DNA from: Candidatus Spongiisociaceae bacterium
Lineage (GTDB): Bacteria > Actinomycetota > Acidimicrobiia > Spongiisociales > Spongiisociaceae
Direction of reading: 5' to 3'
DNA: 64,000 nucleotides
Assembly: GCA_965202665.1 (NCBI GenBank)
Contig: OZ241841.1
Span: 2,208,001 to 2,272,000, forward strand
Numbering within the stretch: position 1 is the stretch's first letter; every line of letters starts with the position of its first letter. Shown piece by piece: positions 1 through 9,606 of the stretch. Both the position numbers and the translations under genes were made by a program. A model generated the notes under the pieces. The model did no database searches. It had not been told where the DNA came from and worked only from the letters and a program-made list of their open reading frames with translations.

Positions 1-2047
1 TAACGCAGGCGGGAACCGGGAAAAAGGTATTAGGTTCAATATTCTCCAAGTCCCAAGAATAGTCATTACTCATATCTGCACCTATGTCACCCCACTCTCC
101 TTCTCTCCACTTAGTAAAATGACCTGCGAACAAGGCACTGTGCGGCATTACCATTCCTATTCGACCTTTATTATGCAAATACAAGTCTACGCATCGTGCA
201 TAAAATAGTCCAGAAATATCCTGGTGAGGAGCATATCTTCCTCCTGACCATATCCTATATTGGCTGCTGCTTTGTTGTCGTAGTTCCTCGCGTAATGCGG
301 CCTTAGTTTTGGAGTATTTTATCCAAGGAGGGTTTCCTACTATAGCATCGACCTTGCCTTCATTAGTAGATAACCAGATAGGTCGAACTAGATTGCGGGT
401 ATAGTAGGCCCAAATATGATTGCGGCCTTCCTCGTGCAGTTCTTCCATCTGCTTTACCGTTTCTTCTAGGATATCTCGTTCCGATCCAGGTGGTATTCCT
501 GCCTCATCTAAAGCCAGCTGTCCTTTACTAGACGATTCTATTTCAGATGCAATACTGAGCATTACATTATCAAACCAGTCACCTTGGTCAACCAGGGCAC
601 GGGGGAATTGAAGTAACCTATGCTTATCTCCGGTTGCAGATGTTACTTCTATGGTGACCTGTGTTTCGCCTAATAGGTTTCCATTATCGGTTCGCAGTTG
701 TAAAGAATCACCTAGATAAACTGGTATGGTAAGCTCACCTTGCTCTAGGCCAGCTTCGATAATAACATCGCGGGCGGCGGATATCCAGGTGGCTCGCGCC
801 AGATGGACTGATACCGGATGCAGGTCTACTCCTATAATTGATTGTCGTAAGCCATTTAGAATTTTTTTAGAATCCCAATCATTTGCTTTGGCCTCTTTGA
901 TATACTGTTGGATAGCTGCGCGTAGGAAAGTACCCGACCCGCATGATGGATCAAGGACCCGGCTACTAAGCGGTTTGGTAACTACTTCAGCTACAATCGC
1001 TTTTGCTAGCCAATCAGGAGTATAATATTCACCTAGTTGTCGGCGATCGTCATCTGGTATAACTGCCTGATAGAGCACCCGGGCAAAATCGTAATCTGCC
1101 ATACCCCAGTCGAAAGATGCTACTCTGGTAGCAAGACCATCGATCCAGTCCTTACCGTCTTCAATCTCTATCGGCCAAGCAAAAAAATCAGATTCGATAA
1201 CTCCGCGTATACCAGTGGTAGCAGACAATACTTGCCCGCCTAACAAAGCTTCAGTGTTGGAGGCAGCCTCGCTACGTATGTCTATCCCAAAAGCACTCTG
1301 CACCGCCAGCCCTACTACAGCTGATAAATAGGTATGCAAAAGGAACAATTTCTCAAGGTTGGTATTTTCCTCGACTACCTCGCCTAGTGCGGCGGCTAGC
1401 AGGTTTTTCCATAGCTCTTGCTTTACATGCAAAGAAGGATCATTTTTATGTTGATCATATAGTTGTCTAAGTTTTTCTAGGTCGTTATCGAACCATAGAC
1501 CTCTGCCCAACTTTTCCCGAACCTTTTCTTCGGTCGGTTGTAATCTTTCTTGTTCAAATATGGATAATTCATCTCTTAACCATTCGTATAGTAGCATTCC
1601 ACCCCTGTTTTCTCGTAGTTCAAATACATAAGGAGGGTGTGTCCGAACCTCCTCGACATTAGGTAGTTTTAACAACCAGTAGCGTCCGTCGGTTAGAATG
1701 CCCAACCGTCGGGGTTTGCCCTCTTTAGCGGATTCTAGCATATAGTTATCCAATTGCCTCACATATTCCCGTTTTGGATAAAATCCTGGTTTGGTACCGA
1801 TCCGACGTTTTGTTTCAATAATTAACTGAGCACTTTGCAGGTCGATGCGATCTTTTTCCCGTCGCAAATCTTCCTCGGCGGCCAGTCCGGTCGAAACGAG
1901 AAAGTTGCTTATAGCTGCTGTGATGTCGGCCGCGGGGGCATGTTCCGCATGCCGATCGATGATAAGTTGCACGGCCTTGCGAAATTCTTCGCCATCGGGA
2001 TCGAAGAGGTCGCCATTTTGGGAGGAGGGTATGTGTCCGTTTGCCAT
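1..2047 (-). CDS. Type IIG-like restriction-modification enzyme / N6-adenine methyltransferase, 3'-partial (runs off window start)
   Basis: Hand translation from ATG 2047 (MANGHIPSSQNGDLF...) stays open to position 2. Has N-terminal IDL..IIETK and GILTDGRYW nuclease-like motifs, GEYYTPDWLA, VLDPSCGSGTF (motif I) and IVGNPPW (motif IV). Low GC. Missing from the ORF track because it has no stop in the window. Confidence 0.9.
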   Translation of the reverse strand, partial: MANGHIPSSQNGDLFDPDGEEFRKAVQLIIDRHAEHAPAADITAAISNFLVSTGLAAEEDLRREKDRIDLQSAQLIIETKRRIGTKPGFYPKREYVRQLDNYMLESAKEGKPRRLGILTDGRYWLLKLPNVEEVRTHPPYVFELRENRGGMLLYEWLRDELSIFEQERLQPTEEKVREKLGRGLWFDNDLEKLRQLYDQHKNDPSLHVKQELWKNLLAAALGEVVEENTNLEKLFLLHTYLSAVVGLAVQSAFGIDIRSEAASNTEALLGGQVLSATTGIRGVIESDFFAWPIEIEDGKDWIDGLATRVASFDWGMADYDFARVLYQAVIPDDDRRQLGEYYTPDWLAKAIVAEVVTKPLSSRVLDPSCGSGTFLRAAIQQYIKEAKANDWDSKKILNGLRQSIIGVDLHPVSVHLARATWISAARDVIIEAGLEQGELTIPVYLGDSLQLRTDNGNLLGETQVTIEVTSATGDKHRLLQFPRALVDQGDWFDNVMLSIASEIESSSKGQLALDEAGIPPGSERDILEETVKQMEELHEEGRNHIWAYYTRNLVRPIWLSTNEGKVDAIVGNPPWIKYSKTKAALREELRQQSSSQYRIWSGGRYAPHQDISGLFYARCVDLYLHNKGRIGMVMPHSALFAGHFTKWREGEWGDIGADMSNDYSWDLENIEPNTFFPVPACV

Positions 2048-2524
2048 AGTTGTGAACCTACCACAGGGAGGCGACATTTTTTGCCAGGCGGTTGGGCGGC
2101 GGGCTGTGGGGACGGAGGCTCAAAGGATTTTCTGCAGAAACCAGAGGCCGGAGGCGCCCATCCGGACGAACCCAACCGGCGTCCGCCTGTCCGCTGGGAC
2201 GTTCGGTTTCCAGCTCCGCTAACCTGCTTGTCATTTCCACACTCTTCTTTCGCAGCCGCTGTACTTGCCTGCCTCCCCACCCGTTTCCCCTGGTGCTCCA
2301 GGCCCTTACATTGTATTAGGGGTGTGACAAACCCGGGACCACCAGCTGCAGGTCGCATATGTCGGCGTTGAGGAAAGGGCTTCCAGGATGGAGGGAGGCA
2401 CCGGTCCGGGGTTCCCAGGATTTCGCATCCGCCGTCCGGCCGCGTTCCGTCCAACAGTCCTAGGTCGGCTGGGGTGGGGGGATTCGGGGGATTCGGTTGG
2501 GGAGGGAGAAAGTGGGGAGGGGGG

Positions 2525-2740
2525 TTACTCCTCTACTATGCGCCAGGGTGGGCCTTTCAGTTGTTGGCCGGGGGGCAGGTTGGCCTCGTACTGGCGGAGG
2601 GCTTCCGCCACCTCGGACGCGAACTCGCCGCGTTCGGCGTCTTCTCCTAGTTGCGCCAGCGCGGCGTCGGATGCCGGGTCGTTTGCCCAGTCGCTGGGAG
2701 CGGCGGAGATTGGGAAGCGGTCTTGTTCCATCTGGGGCAT
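2525..2740 (-). CDS. Small hypothetical protein (71 aa)
   Basis: ATG-started acidic ORF with natural-looking composition; no recognisable motif. Confidence 0.45.
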   Translation of the reverse strand: MPQMEQDRFPISAAPSDWANDPASDAALAQLGEDAERGEFASEVAEALRQYEANLPPGQQLKGPPWRIVEE

Positions 2741-2865
2741 TTTAGGAGCGGGGGCGTTCCGGGTGCCCGGTGGAACGGGTTGTGGAACCGGGGTCGGTTT
2801 TAGGGGTGGTAGGATGTTGGGCTGAAAGGCGGGATGGCGCCGCGGCGCCGGTTGCGCCCTGGTCG

Positions 2866-2938
2866 GCCCTCGTAGCTCAGCGGACAGAGCAGGAGCCTTC
2901 TAAGCTCTTGGTCGGAGGTTCGAATCCTTCCGGGGGCG
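2866..2938 (+). tRNA. tRNA-Arg(TCT)
   Basis: Cloverleaf GCCCTCG...CGGGGGC-G; anticodon arm GGAGC-CT-TCT-AA-GCTCT; T-loop TTCGAAT. Confidence 0.95.
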
Positions 2939-2966
2939 CGGGCCCGCCCACAAGCCCAAAACGCAT

Positions 2967-3045
2967 GGTGATCGTAGCTCAGTCTGGTTAGAGCGCCTGG
3001 TTGTGGTCCAGGAGGACGGGGGTTCGAATCCCCTCGGTCACCCCA
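2967..3045 (+). tRNA. tRNA-His(GTG)
   Basis: G-1, acceptor GTGATCG/CGGTCAC, anticodon arm CCTGG-TT-GTG-GT-CCAGG, C discriminator, encoded CCA. Confidence 0.95.
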
Positions 3046-3115
3046 CCCGCCCCCCCCCCCCCGTGGGCGGCCAAAACCCGAAAAGAAAAACCAACCTGGG
3101 AGACAAAAACTGACC

Positions 3116-4564
3116 GTGCCCGCCGCGCCCGTGGCCGCCCCCTCGGAAGAAGATGTCGTAACGGCCCTCCCCGGGGAGGACCCGCCGTCCGGCCCCCCTC
3201 CGGAGGTGACCGAGGTCAGCCAGTTCGAACGGCGGCTCACCATCCTCATCGACCGCCCCGCTTTGGACAAGGCCAAAAACGCCGCCGCCCGCCGCCTGTC
3301 CCGGGGAGTGAACATCAAAGGGTTCCGCAGGGGCAAAGCCCCCCGCCGCATGGTGGAAAACGCGCTGGGGGCGGAACGGGTGCGCGACGAAGCCATCGAA
3401 ATCGCCCTGCCCGGCCTGCTTGGACCCGCCCTGCAAGCCGCGCAGCTGGCCCCGGCGGTCACCCCCTCCGCCGACGACATCCGGGAAACGGAGCAGGGGG
3501 TGGAAGTGGACATCCTCATCTCCCTGTGGCCCGTCTTGGACGAACCTCCCCTCTACGAGGGCCGCCGCTTCGAGGTGGATACATTCGTCAGCACCGACGA
3601 AATGGTGGAAGCCAACCTGGAACGTTACCTGGAGCAGTTCGCCGAGTTGGAAACCGTGGACCGCCCGGCGGAGGAAGGCGACTATGTGGCCGTCAACTTG
3701 CACGGCTCCCGCAACGGCCGCCCGGTGGAGGCCGCCTCCGCCACCGACCTGCTCTACGAGGTGGGCTCCGGCGGGTTGCTGGAAGGGTTGGACGCCAACG
3801 TGACCGGCCGGGCGGCGGGCGACATCAGCCAGTTCGCCACCATCCTCCCCCCGGCGATGACCGGCGGCCGGCAGGAAGACCCGGTGGACGTGTCGGTCAT
3901 GGTCAAAGAGGTGCGCCGCAAACTTCTCCCCCAAATCGACGACCAGTGGGTGGCGGACAACACCGAATACGAAACCGAGGCGGAAATGCGGCAGGGAATC
4001 GCCGACCGCTTGGAAGAGATGCGTTTGGAAGAGTTGCGCCGCCAGTTGAAAGAGAACGCCTTGGAGGGGCTGGTGCAGGAGTTGCAGGTGGACATCCCGC
4101 AGGCGATCATCATCGCCCACGCCAACAAGTTGATGGACGATTTGCGGAATTCCCTGCAGGAGTCCGACATGACCTTCGAGGCATATCTGCAGTCCACCGG
4201 CGACGACCGCGAACAGTTCCAGGAGCGCATGCTGTTCCAGACCCTTTTTTCCCTGTCCAAGATGATCCTGTTGGACGCGGTGGCCCGCCAAGCCGGAATC
4301 ACCGTCGGCGACGAAGAGAAGCGGGAGTTTTTCCGGCGGCTGGCCGCCCAGGTGCGGGAAACCCCCGAAGAGTTGGCCGCCCGCCTGGAAGGGACGGAAC
4401 AGGAACGCAGTATCCTGGTTAACATGATCCGGTCCAAAGCCCACGACGAGCTGGCGCGCCGGGTGACGGCGGTGGATGTGGACGGCAACCCCATCGATCT
4501 CCATTTCGACCCGCCCCCCGGCCAACCCCAACCCCCGTCTCCGCCCGGCGCGGAAGACGACTGA
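3116..4564 (+). CDS. tig: Trigger factor
   Basis: Signature [14 protein letters not shown]-like middle region ([10 protein letters not shown]), position upstream of clpP-clpX. Start uncertain. Confidence 0.92.
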   Translation: MPAAPVAAPSEEDVVTALPGEDPPSGPPPEVTEVSQFERRLTILIDRPALDKAKNAAARRLSRGVNIKGFRRGKAPRRMVENALGAERVRDEAIEIALPGLLGPALQAAQLAPAVTPSADDIRETEQGVEVDILISLWPVLDEPPLYEGRRFEVDTFVSTDEMVEANLERYLEQFAELETVDRPAEEGDYVAVNLHGSRNGRPVEAASATDLLYEVGSGGLLEGLDANVTGRAAGDISQFATILPPAMTGGRQEDPVDVSVMVKEVRRKLLPQIDDQWVADNTEYETEAEMRQGIADRLEEMRLEELRRQLKENALEGLVQELQVDIPQAIIIAHANKLMDDLRNSLQESDMTFEAYLQSTGDDREQFQERMLFQTLFSLSKMILLDAVARQAGITVGDEEKREFFRRLAAQVRETPEELAARLEGTEQERSILVNMIRSKAHDELARRVTAVDVDGNPIDLHFDPPPGQPQPPSPPGAEDD

Positions 4565-4580
4565 GAGGAGCAAACCCGCC

Positions 4581-5231
4581 ATGGCCAACCCCTATTCGCC
4601 CCCGCCCCCCGCCCCGCCCGCGCCGCGCAACTACCTGGTTCCCACCGTGGTGGAATCCACCAGCCGCGGCGAACGGGCTTTCGACATTTACTCCCGCCTG
4701 CTGAAAGACCGCATCATCTTCTTGGGCACCGCCATCGACGACGCGGTGGCCAACCTGGTGATGGCCCAGTTGCTCCACCTGGAGTCGGAGGACCCCGAAA
4801 AGGACGTGGCCTTGTACATCAACTCCCCGGGCGGGGAGATCACCAGCCTGTTCGCCATCTACGACACCATGCAGTACATCCGCCCCGATGTGAGCACGGT
4901 GTGCATGGGGATGGCGGCCTCGGCGGCGGCGGTGATTCTGGCCGGCGGCGCCAAAGGGAAGCGTTTCGCCCTGCCACACGCCCGGGTGATGCTCCACCAG
5001 CCGCAGGGCGGGGCCCGGGGACAGGCGACCGACATTGAAATCCAGGCCCGGCTGATCGTGCAGATGCGCGAACAGCTCAACCAAATTCTGGCCGGCCACA
5101 CCGGGCAGGATTTGGAGAAGGTGGCGGCCGACACCGACCGGGACTTCTGGATGCTGGCCGACGAAGCCCACGAATACGGGATGGTGGACGAAGTGCTGAT
5201 CCGCCGGGCGTTGACGGAAGGAGCCAACTGA
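4581..5231 (+). CDS. clpP: ATP-dependent Clp protease proteolytic subunit
   Basis: [33 protein letters not shown]; ATG 4581 after GAGGAG. Confidence 0.97.
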   Translation: MANPYSPPPPAPPAPRNYLVPTVVESTSRGERAFDIYSRLLKDRIIFLGTAIDDAVANLVMAQLLHLESEDPEKDVALYINSPGGEITSLFAIYDTMQYIRPDVSTVCMGMAASAAAVILAGGAKGKRFALPHARVMLHQPQGGARGQATDIEIQARLIVQMREQLNQILAGHTGQDLEKVAADTDRDFWMLADEAHEYGMVDEVLIRRALTEGAN

Positions 5232-5340
5232 CGAAACCCCGAACCCCCCCAAAAAACCAAGCCCGGCGGACCCGGAACCGGGCGAAAACCAAACCAAACC
5301 CCAAGCAAACAACCCTGAAAAGAAACCAAGGAGGGCGGAA

Positions 5341-6639
5341 GTGGCAAAATTCGGCGAAGGAGCGGACGCCCTGAAATGCAGCTTCTGCGGTCATTCCCAG
5401 AAGCAGGTGAGAAAACTGATCGCCGGCCAGAGCGGGTACATCTGCGATGAATGCATCGACCTGTGCAACGAAATATTGGAGGACGAGTTTTCCGAGGCGG
5501 TGGAGGCCGCCCCCGCCCGTTCCCTCCCCAAACCAACCGAAATATACGCTTTCTTAGACGATTACGTGATCGGCCAGGAACACGCCAAAAAGGCCCTGTC
5601 GGTGGCGGTGTACAACCATTACAAACGGGTGCGGGCGGAAGCGGAAGCCGCCGACCGGGAGCAGGAAGACGGCGACCACCCGGACGGAGACGTGGAGCTT
5701 TCCAAATCCAACATTCTGATGATCGGCCCCACCGGGTGCGGCAAAACCCTTCTGGCGCAAACCCTGGCCCGCATCCTCAACGTGCCTTTTTCCATCGCCG
5801 ACGCCACCGCCCTCACCGAAGCCGGATACGTGGGCGAAGACGTGGAAAACATTCTCCTCAAACTGATCCAAGCCGCCGACTTCGATGTGAAACAGGCCGA
5901 ACAGGGCATCATCTACATCGACGAAATCGACAAGATCACCCGCAAAGCCGAACATCCTTCCATCACCCGCGACGTGTCGGGGGAGGGGGTGCAGCAGGCC
6001 CTGCTGAAAATTCTGGAAGGCACGGTGGCGTCGGTTCCGCCGCAGGGGGGGCGGAAACACCCTCATCAGGATTTCATCCAGATCGACACCACCAACATTC
6101 TGTTCATCTGCGGGGGGGCCTTCGGCGGGTTGGCGGAAATCGTGGGGCGGCGCATCGGCAACGGGGTGGTCGGGTTCGGGGCCGATGTGCGTTCCGTCCG
6201 CGAACGCACCCAGGATCAGATGTTGAGCCAGGTGATGCCCGAAGACCTGTTGCAGTACGGACTGATACCGGAGTTCATCGGGCGGCTGCCGGTGGTGTCC
6301 ACGGTGAGCGCCTTGGACCGGGCGGCCCTGATCCGCATCCTGCAAGAACCCCGCAACGCCCTCGTCCGGCAGTACGCCCGCATTTTCCAACTGGACGGGG
6401 TGGAGCTCCGTTTCGAAGAGGACGCCATCGAAGCCATCGCCGAATTCGCCCTGAAGCGGGGCACCGGGGCCCGCGGCCTGCGGGCCATCATCGAAGACGT
6501 GCTGTTGGACTACATGTACGAAACCCCTTCCCGCACCGATGTGGAGGAGGTGGCGGTGGACCGCCGGACCATCGAAGAACGCTACCGGCAGATGGGGCAG
6601 GTGCACGACTTGGAGGCCCGCCGTGAGCAGTCCGCCTGA
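5341..6639 (+). CDS. clpX: ATP-dependent Clp protease ATP-binding subunit
   Basis: CSFCG...ICDEC zinc finger, [33 protein letters not shown]. Confidence 0.98.
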   Translation: MAKFGEGADALKCSFCGHSQKQVRKLIAGQSGYICDECIDLCNEILEDEFSEAVEAAPARSLPKPTEIYAFLDDYVIGQEHAKKALSVAVYNHYKRVRAEAEAADREQEDGDHPDGDVELSKSNILMIGPTGCGKTLLAQTLARILNVPFSIADATALTEAGYVGEDVENILLKLIQAADFDVKQAEQGIIYIDEIDKITRKAEHPSITRDVSGEGVQQALLKILEGTVASVPPQGGRKHPHQDFIQIDTTNILFICGGAFGGLAEIVGRRIGNGVVGFGADVRSVRERTQDQMLSQVMPEDLLQYGLIPEFIGRLPVVSTVSALDRAALIRILQEPRNALVRQYARIFQLDGVELRFEEDAIEAIAEFALKRGTGARGLRAIIEDVLLDYMYETPSRTDVEEVAVDRRTIEERYRQMGQVHDLEARREQSA

Positions 6640-6687
6640 CCGCGACCGCCCACGCCGTCCCGCCCCCGGCGGGGCCCGGCCCGCCTG

Positions 6688-9324
6688 ATGGACGACCCCG
6701 GCGCCGGGGATCTGACCGGCCCGTACGACCCGCAAAAAATTGAAGGGCGCTGGTACCGGGCCTGGGAGGAGTCGGGTGTCTTCTCCCCGGATGTGAACCC
6801 GGACGGGGATCCTTTTACCATCGTCATCCCCCCGCCCAACGTGACCGGGGTGCTGCACATGGGCCACGCCCTGGACCATTCCATCCAGGACGCCGTAATC
6901 CGCCGCAAACGCATGCAGGGGTTCGCCGCCCTGTGGCTGCCCGGAACCGACCACGCCGGGATCGCCACGCAGATGGTGGTGGAAAGGGAGTTGGCCGCCG
7001 AAGGCTTGAGCCGTCACGACCTGGGACGGGAAGCCTTTGTGGAGCGGGTGTGGGAGTGGAAGCGCAAGTCGGGGGGGTCCATCACCGATCAGATGCGGGC
7101 CCTGGGCGACTCCTGCGACTGGAGCCGGGAGCGGTTCACTTTGGACGAGGGGCTGTCCGCCGCGGTGCGGGAAGTGTTCGTGCGCCTCTACGAACAGGGG
7201 CTCATCTACCGGGGGCGGCGCATCATCAACTGGTCGCCCGGCCTGCGCACCGCCATCTCCGACATAGAAGTGGAATATCGGGAAACGGACGGCTGCCTCA
7301 CCTACATGGACTACCCGTTCGCCGACGGGGAGGGGGGGATTACGGTGGCCACCACCCGCCCGGAAACCATGCTGGGCGATACCGGGGTGGCGGTTCATCC
7401 CGACGACGACCGTTTCCGGGAGGCGGTGGGGCGGACGGTGCTGCTGCCGTTGATGGAGCGGGAGATTCCGGTGGTGGCCGACGCGGCCGTGGACCCCGCC
7501 TTCGGAACCGGGGCGGTGAAAGTCACCCCCGCCCACGACCCGACCGACTTCGAGATCGCCTTCCGGGCCGGGTTGCCGCCCATTCAGGTCATCGGCCCCG
7601 ACGCCCGCATGACCGCCGCCGCCGGGCGCTTCGCCGGCCTGGACCGGTTCGCGGCCCGAACCGAAGTGCTGGCCGCTTTGCGGGAGGAGGGGCGCATTGT
7701 CCGAGCGGAGGAGCATCGGCATACGGTGGGGCATTGTTCCCGCAGCGGAACCCCGGTGGAGCCGATGCTGTCCGACCAGTGGTTCGTCAAAGTGGCGGAC
7801 CTGGTGGGCCCGGCGGTGGAGGCGGTGCGGGACGGGCGCACCGAGTTCATCCCCGGGCGGTGGGATAAAAACTATTTCCACTGGATGGGGCAGTTGCAGG
7901 ACTGGTGCATCAGCCGTCAGCTGTGGTGGGGGCATCGCATTCCCGCCTGGCATTGCCCGGAGGACGGGACGGTGATGGTGGCCCGCTCCGCGCCCGCCGC
8001 CTGCCGGAAATGCGGCTCCGGGAATCTGGCCCCCGACCCGGATGTGCTGGACACCTGGTTCAGTTCCGCCCTGTGGCCGTTCAGCACTTTGGGCTGGCCG
8101 GAGGACACCTCCGACATGCGGCGCTTCTACCCTACTTCAACGCTGGTTACCGGATTCGACATTATTTTTTTCTGGGTGGCCCGGATGATGAAAATGGCCT
8201 TGCGCTTCACCGGGGAGGCCCCTTTCCGGGATGTGGTGATTCACGGGTTGGTGCGGGCCGCCGACGGGCGGAAAATGTCCAAGTCGGCGGGCAACGCCCT
8301 GGACCCGATGGAGATGATCGACCGCTACGGAGCGGACGCTTTGCGCCTCAGCCTGCTGCAGGCGGCCGCCCCCGGACACGACGTGCCGTTCGACGAAAAA
8401 TGGGTGGACGCCGCCCGTCGGTTCGGCAACAAACTGTGGAACGCGGCCAAGTTCGTCATCGTCCATCAGCGGGTGGGGCCGGTTCCCCCCGACGGCGGCT
8501 ATCCGGACGACCCCGGCCCGGCGGATGCTTGGATTCTGTCCCGCTTGGCCGAGACGGGGGTGAAAGCGGACCAACTGCTGGACCGCTACCGGCTGTCGGA
8601 CGCTTTTTCCCTGTTGTACAATTTCGCCTGGTCGGAGATGTTCGACTGGTATCTGGAAATGTGCAAGCCCGCTTTGGCCGACGCCGGCCCGAATGCGCCG
8701 CAGGCCGGGGCCGCCCGCCAAACCCTGGGGGTGGCGTTGCGGGATTTGCTCAAGTTTTTCCATCCCGCCATCCCGTTTCTCACCGAAGAGCTGTACAGCC
8801 GGTTGGTGGGGGAGGGGATGTGCGTCACCGCCTCCTGGCCGCAACCTCCCGCCTACCGGGCTCCGGAGGGAATGGACGTTCTGCGGGAGCTGGTCGCCGG
8901 GTTGCGCCGTTTCCGCTCCGAACACAACCTGCCGCCCCGGCGGGAGGTCCCGGTTCTCATCCACGATCCGCAGGGGATGTGGGCGCAATGGTGGTCCCCG
9001 CAGGTCGCCGCCCTGGCCCGTATGGTTCCCCGGTTGGGAGACCCGCCCGCCGGGCCGGGGTTTTCGCGGGTGGAAGCCGGGCCGGTCAAAGGATTCATTC
9101 TTTTGGAGGGCCTGGTGGACGTCGCCGCGGAACGGGAGCGGTTGCGGGCCCGTTTGGAGGAGGCGCAAAAAGACGCGGGACGGGCCCGGCAAAAACTGGC
9201 TAACCCGAATTTCAGGGAGCGGGCCCCGGCCGAGGTGGTGGACAAAGAAGAGTCGAAGGCATCCGCCGCTGAAGCCCTGGCCGGGGAACTGTCCGCCCAG
9301 CTGGAGAAACTGGGCGCCCCCTGA
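6688..9324 (+). CDS. valS: Valine--tRNA ligase
   Basis: PPPNVTGVLHMGH, DWCISRQLWWGH, KMSKS, C-terminal coiled coil. Confidence 0.98.
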   Translation: MDDPGAGDLTGPYDPQKIEGRWYRAWEESGVFSPDVNPDGDPFTIVIPPPNVTGVLHMGHALDHSIQDAVIRRKRMQGFAALWLPGTDHAGIATQMVVERELAAEGLSRHDLGREAFVERVWEWKRKSGGSITDQMRALGDSCDWSRERFTLDEGLSAAVREVFVRLYEQGLIYRGRRIINWSPGLRTAISDIEVEYRETDGCLTYMDYPFADGEGGITVATTRPETMLGDTGVAVHPDDDRFREAVGRTVLLPLMEREIPVVADAAVDPAFGTGAVKVTPAHDPTDFEIAFRAGLPPIQVIGPDARMTAAAGRFAGLDRFAARTEVLAALREEGRIVRAEEHRHTVGHCSRSGTPVEPMLSDQWFVKVADLVGPAVEAVRDGRTEFIPGRWDKNYFHWMGQLQDWCISRQLWWGHRIPAWHCPEDGTVMVARSAPAACRKCGSGNLAPDPDVLDTWFSSALWPFSTLGWPEDTSDMRRFYPTSTLVTGFDIIFFWVARMMKMALRFTGEAPFRDVVIHGLVRAADGRKMSKSAGNALDPMEMIDRYGADALRLSLLQAAAPGHDVPFDEKWVDAARRFGNKLWNAAKFVIVHQRVGPVPPDGGYPDDPGPADAWILSRLAETGVKADQLLDRYRLSDAFSLLYNFAWSEMFDWYLEMCKPALADAGPNAPQAGAARQTLGVALRDLLKFFHPAIPFLTEELYSRLVGEGMCVTASWPQPPAYRAPEGMDVLRELVAGLRRFRSEHNLPPRREVPVLIHDPQGMWAQWWSPQVAALARMVPRLGDPPAGPGFSRVEAGPVKGFILLEGLVDVAAERERLRARLEEAQKDAGRARQKLANPNFRERAPAEVVDKEESKASAAEALAGELSAQLEKLGAP

Positions 9325-9375
9325 GCGCCCCGCCGTCCCCGAACATCGGAGTCGGAGGCTACAATCAGGCGGGCG

Positions 9376-9464
9376 GGAGGGGTCGCATAGTCCGGTCTAG
9401 TGCGCGGCACTCGAAATGCCGTAGGGGTTTTCGCCCCTCGTGGGTTCGAATCCCACCCCCTCCG
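9376..9464 (+). tRNA. tRNA-Ser(CGA)
   Basis: Acceptor GGAGGGG/CCCCTCC-G, anticodon arm CGGCA-CT-CGA-AA-TGCCG, long variable arm. Confidence 0.95.
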
Positions 9465-9489
9465 CTTTTGTCGGTGGGTGGGTGGCGAT

Positions 9490-9517
9490 TTGACATATTG
9501 GGGGGGGGGGTTAGGGT
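9490..9517 (+). promoter_or_regulatory. Sigma70-type promoter with G11 spacer tract
   Basis: TTGACA(9490-9495)-TATT-G11(9500-9510)-T-TAGGGT(9512-9517); 16-nt spacer; upstream of the giant gene. Confidence 0.7.
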
Positions 9518-9606
9518 TTGGGGTGCTGGGCTTGTTGTGGGTTCGGCGGCCTGTTGCGGCGGCGGGTTTGGTATTGGTTCGCCGTTGGAGAGTTTGGAGG
9601 TTGGTG

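Noticed and set aside
2058-2240. 60-aa ORF upstream of the IIG gene as a controller (C) protein
   Set aside because: No helix-turn-helix signature; coding status unsupported.
3050-3062. C13 tract after tRNA-His
   Set aside because: Intergenic and not between recognisable promoter boxes; no function supportable.
3001-9400. Long overlapping and antisense ORFs (e.g. 5554-7953, 3038-4588; similar ones window-wide)
   Set aside because: Shadow frames of well-supported genes, expected in high-GC DNA; no motifs.
9400-9606. ORF-track start of the giant protein at 9400
   Set aside because: Overlaps tRNA-Ser and the promoter; ATG 9607 has a GGAGG RBS.
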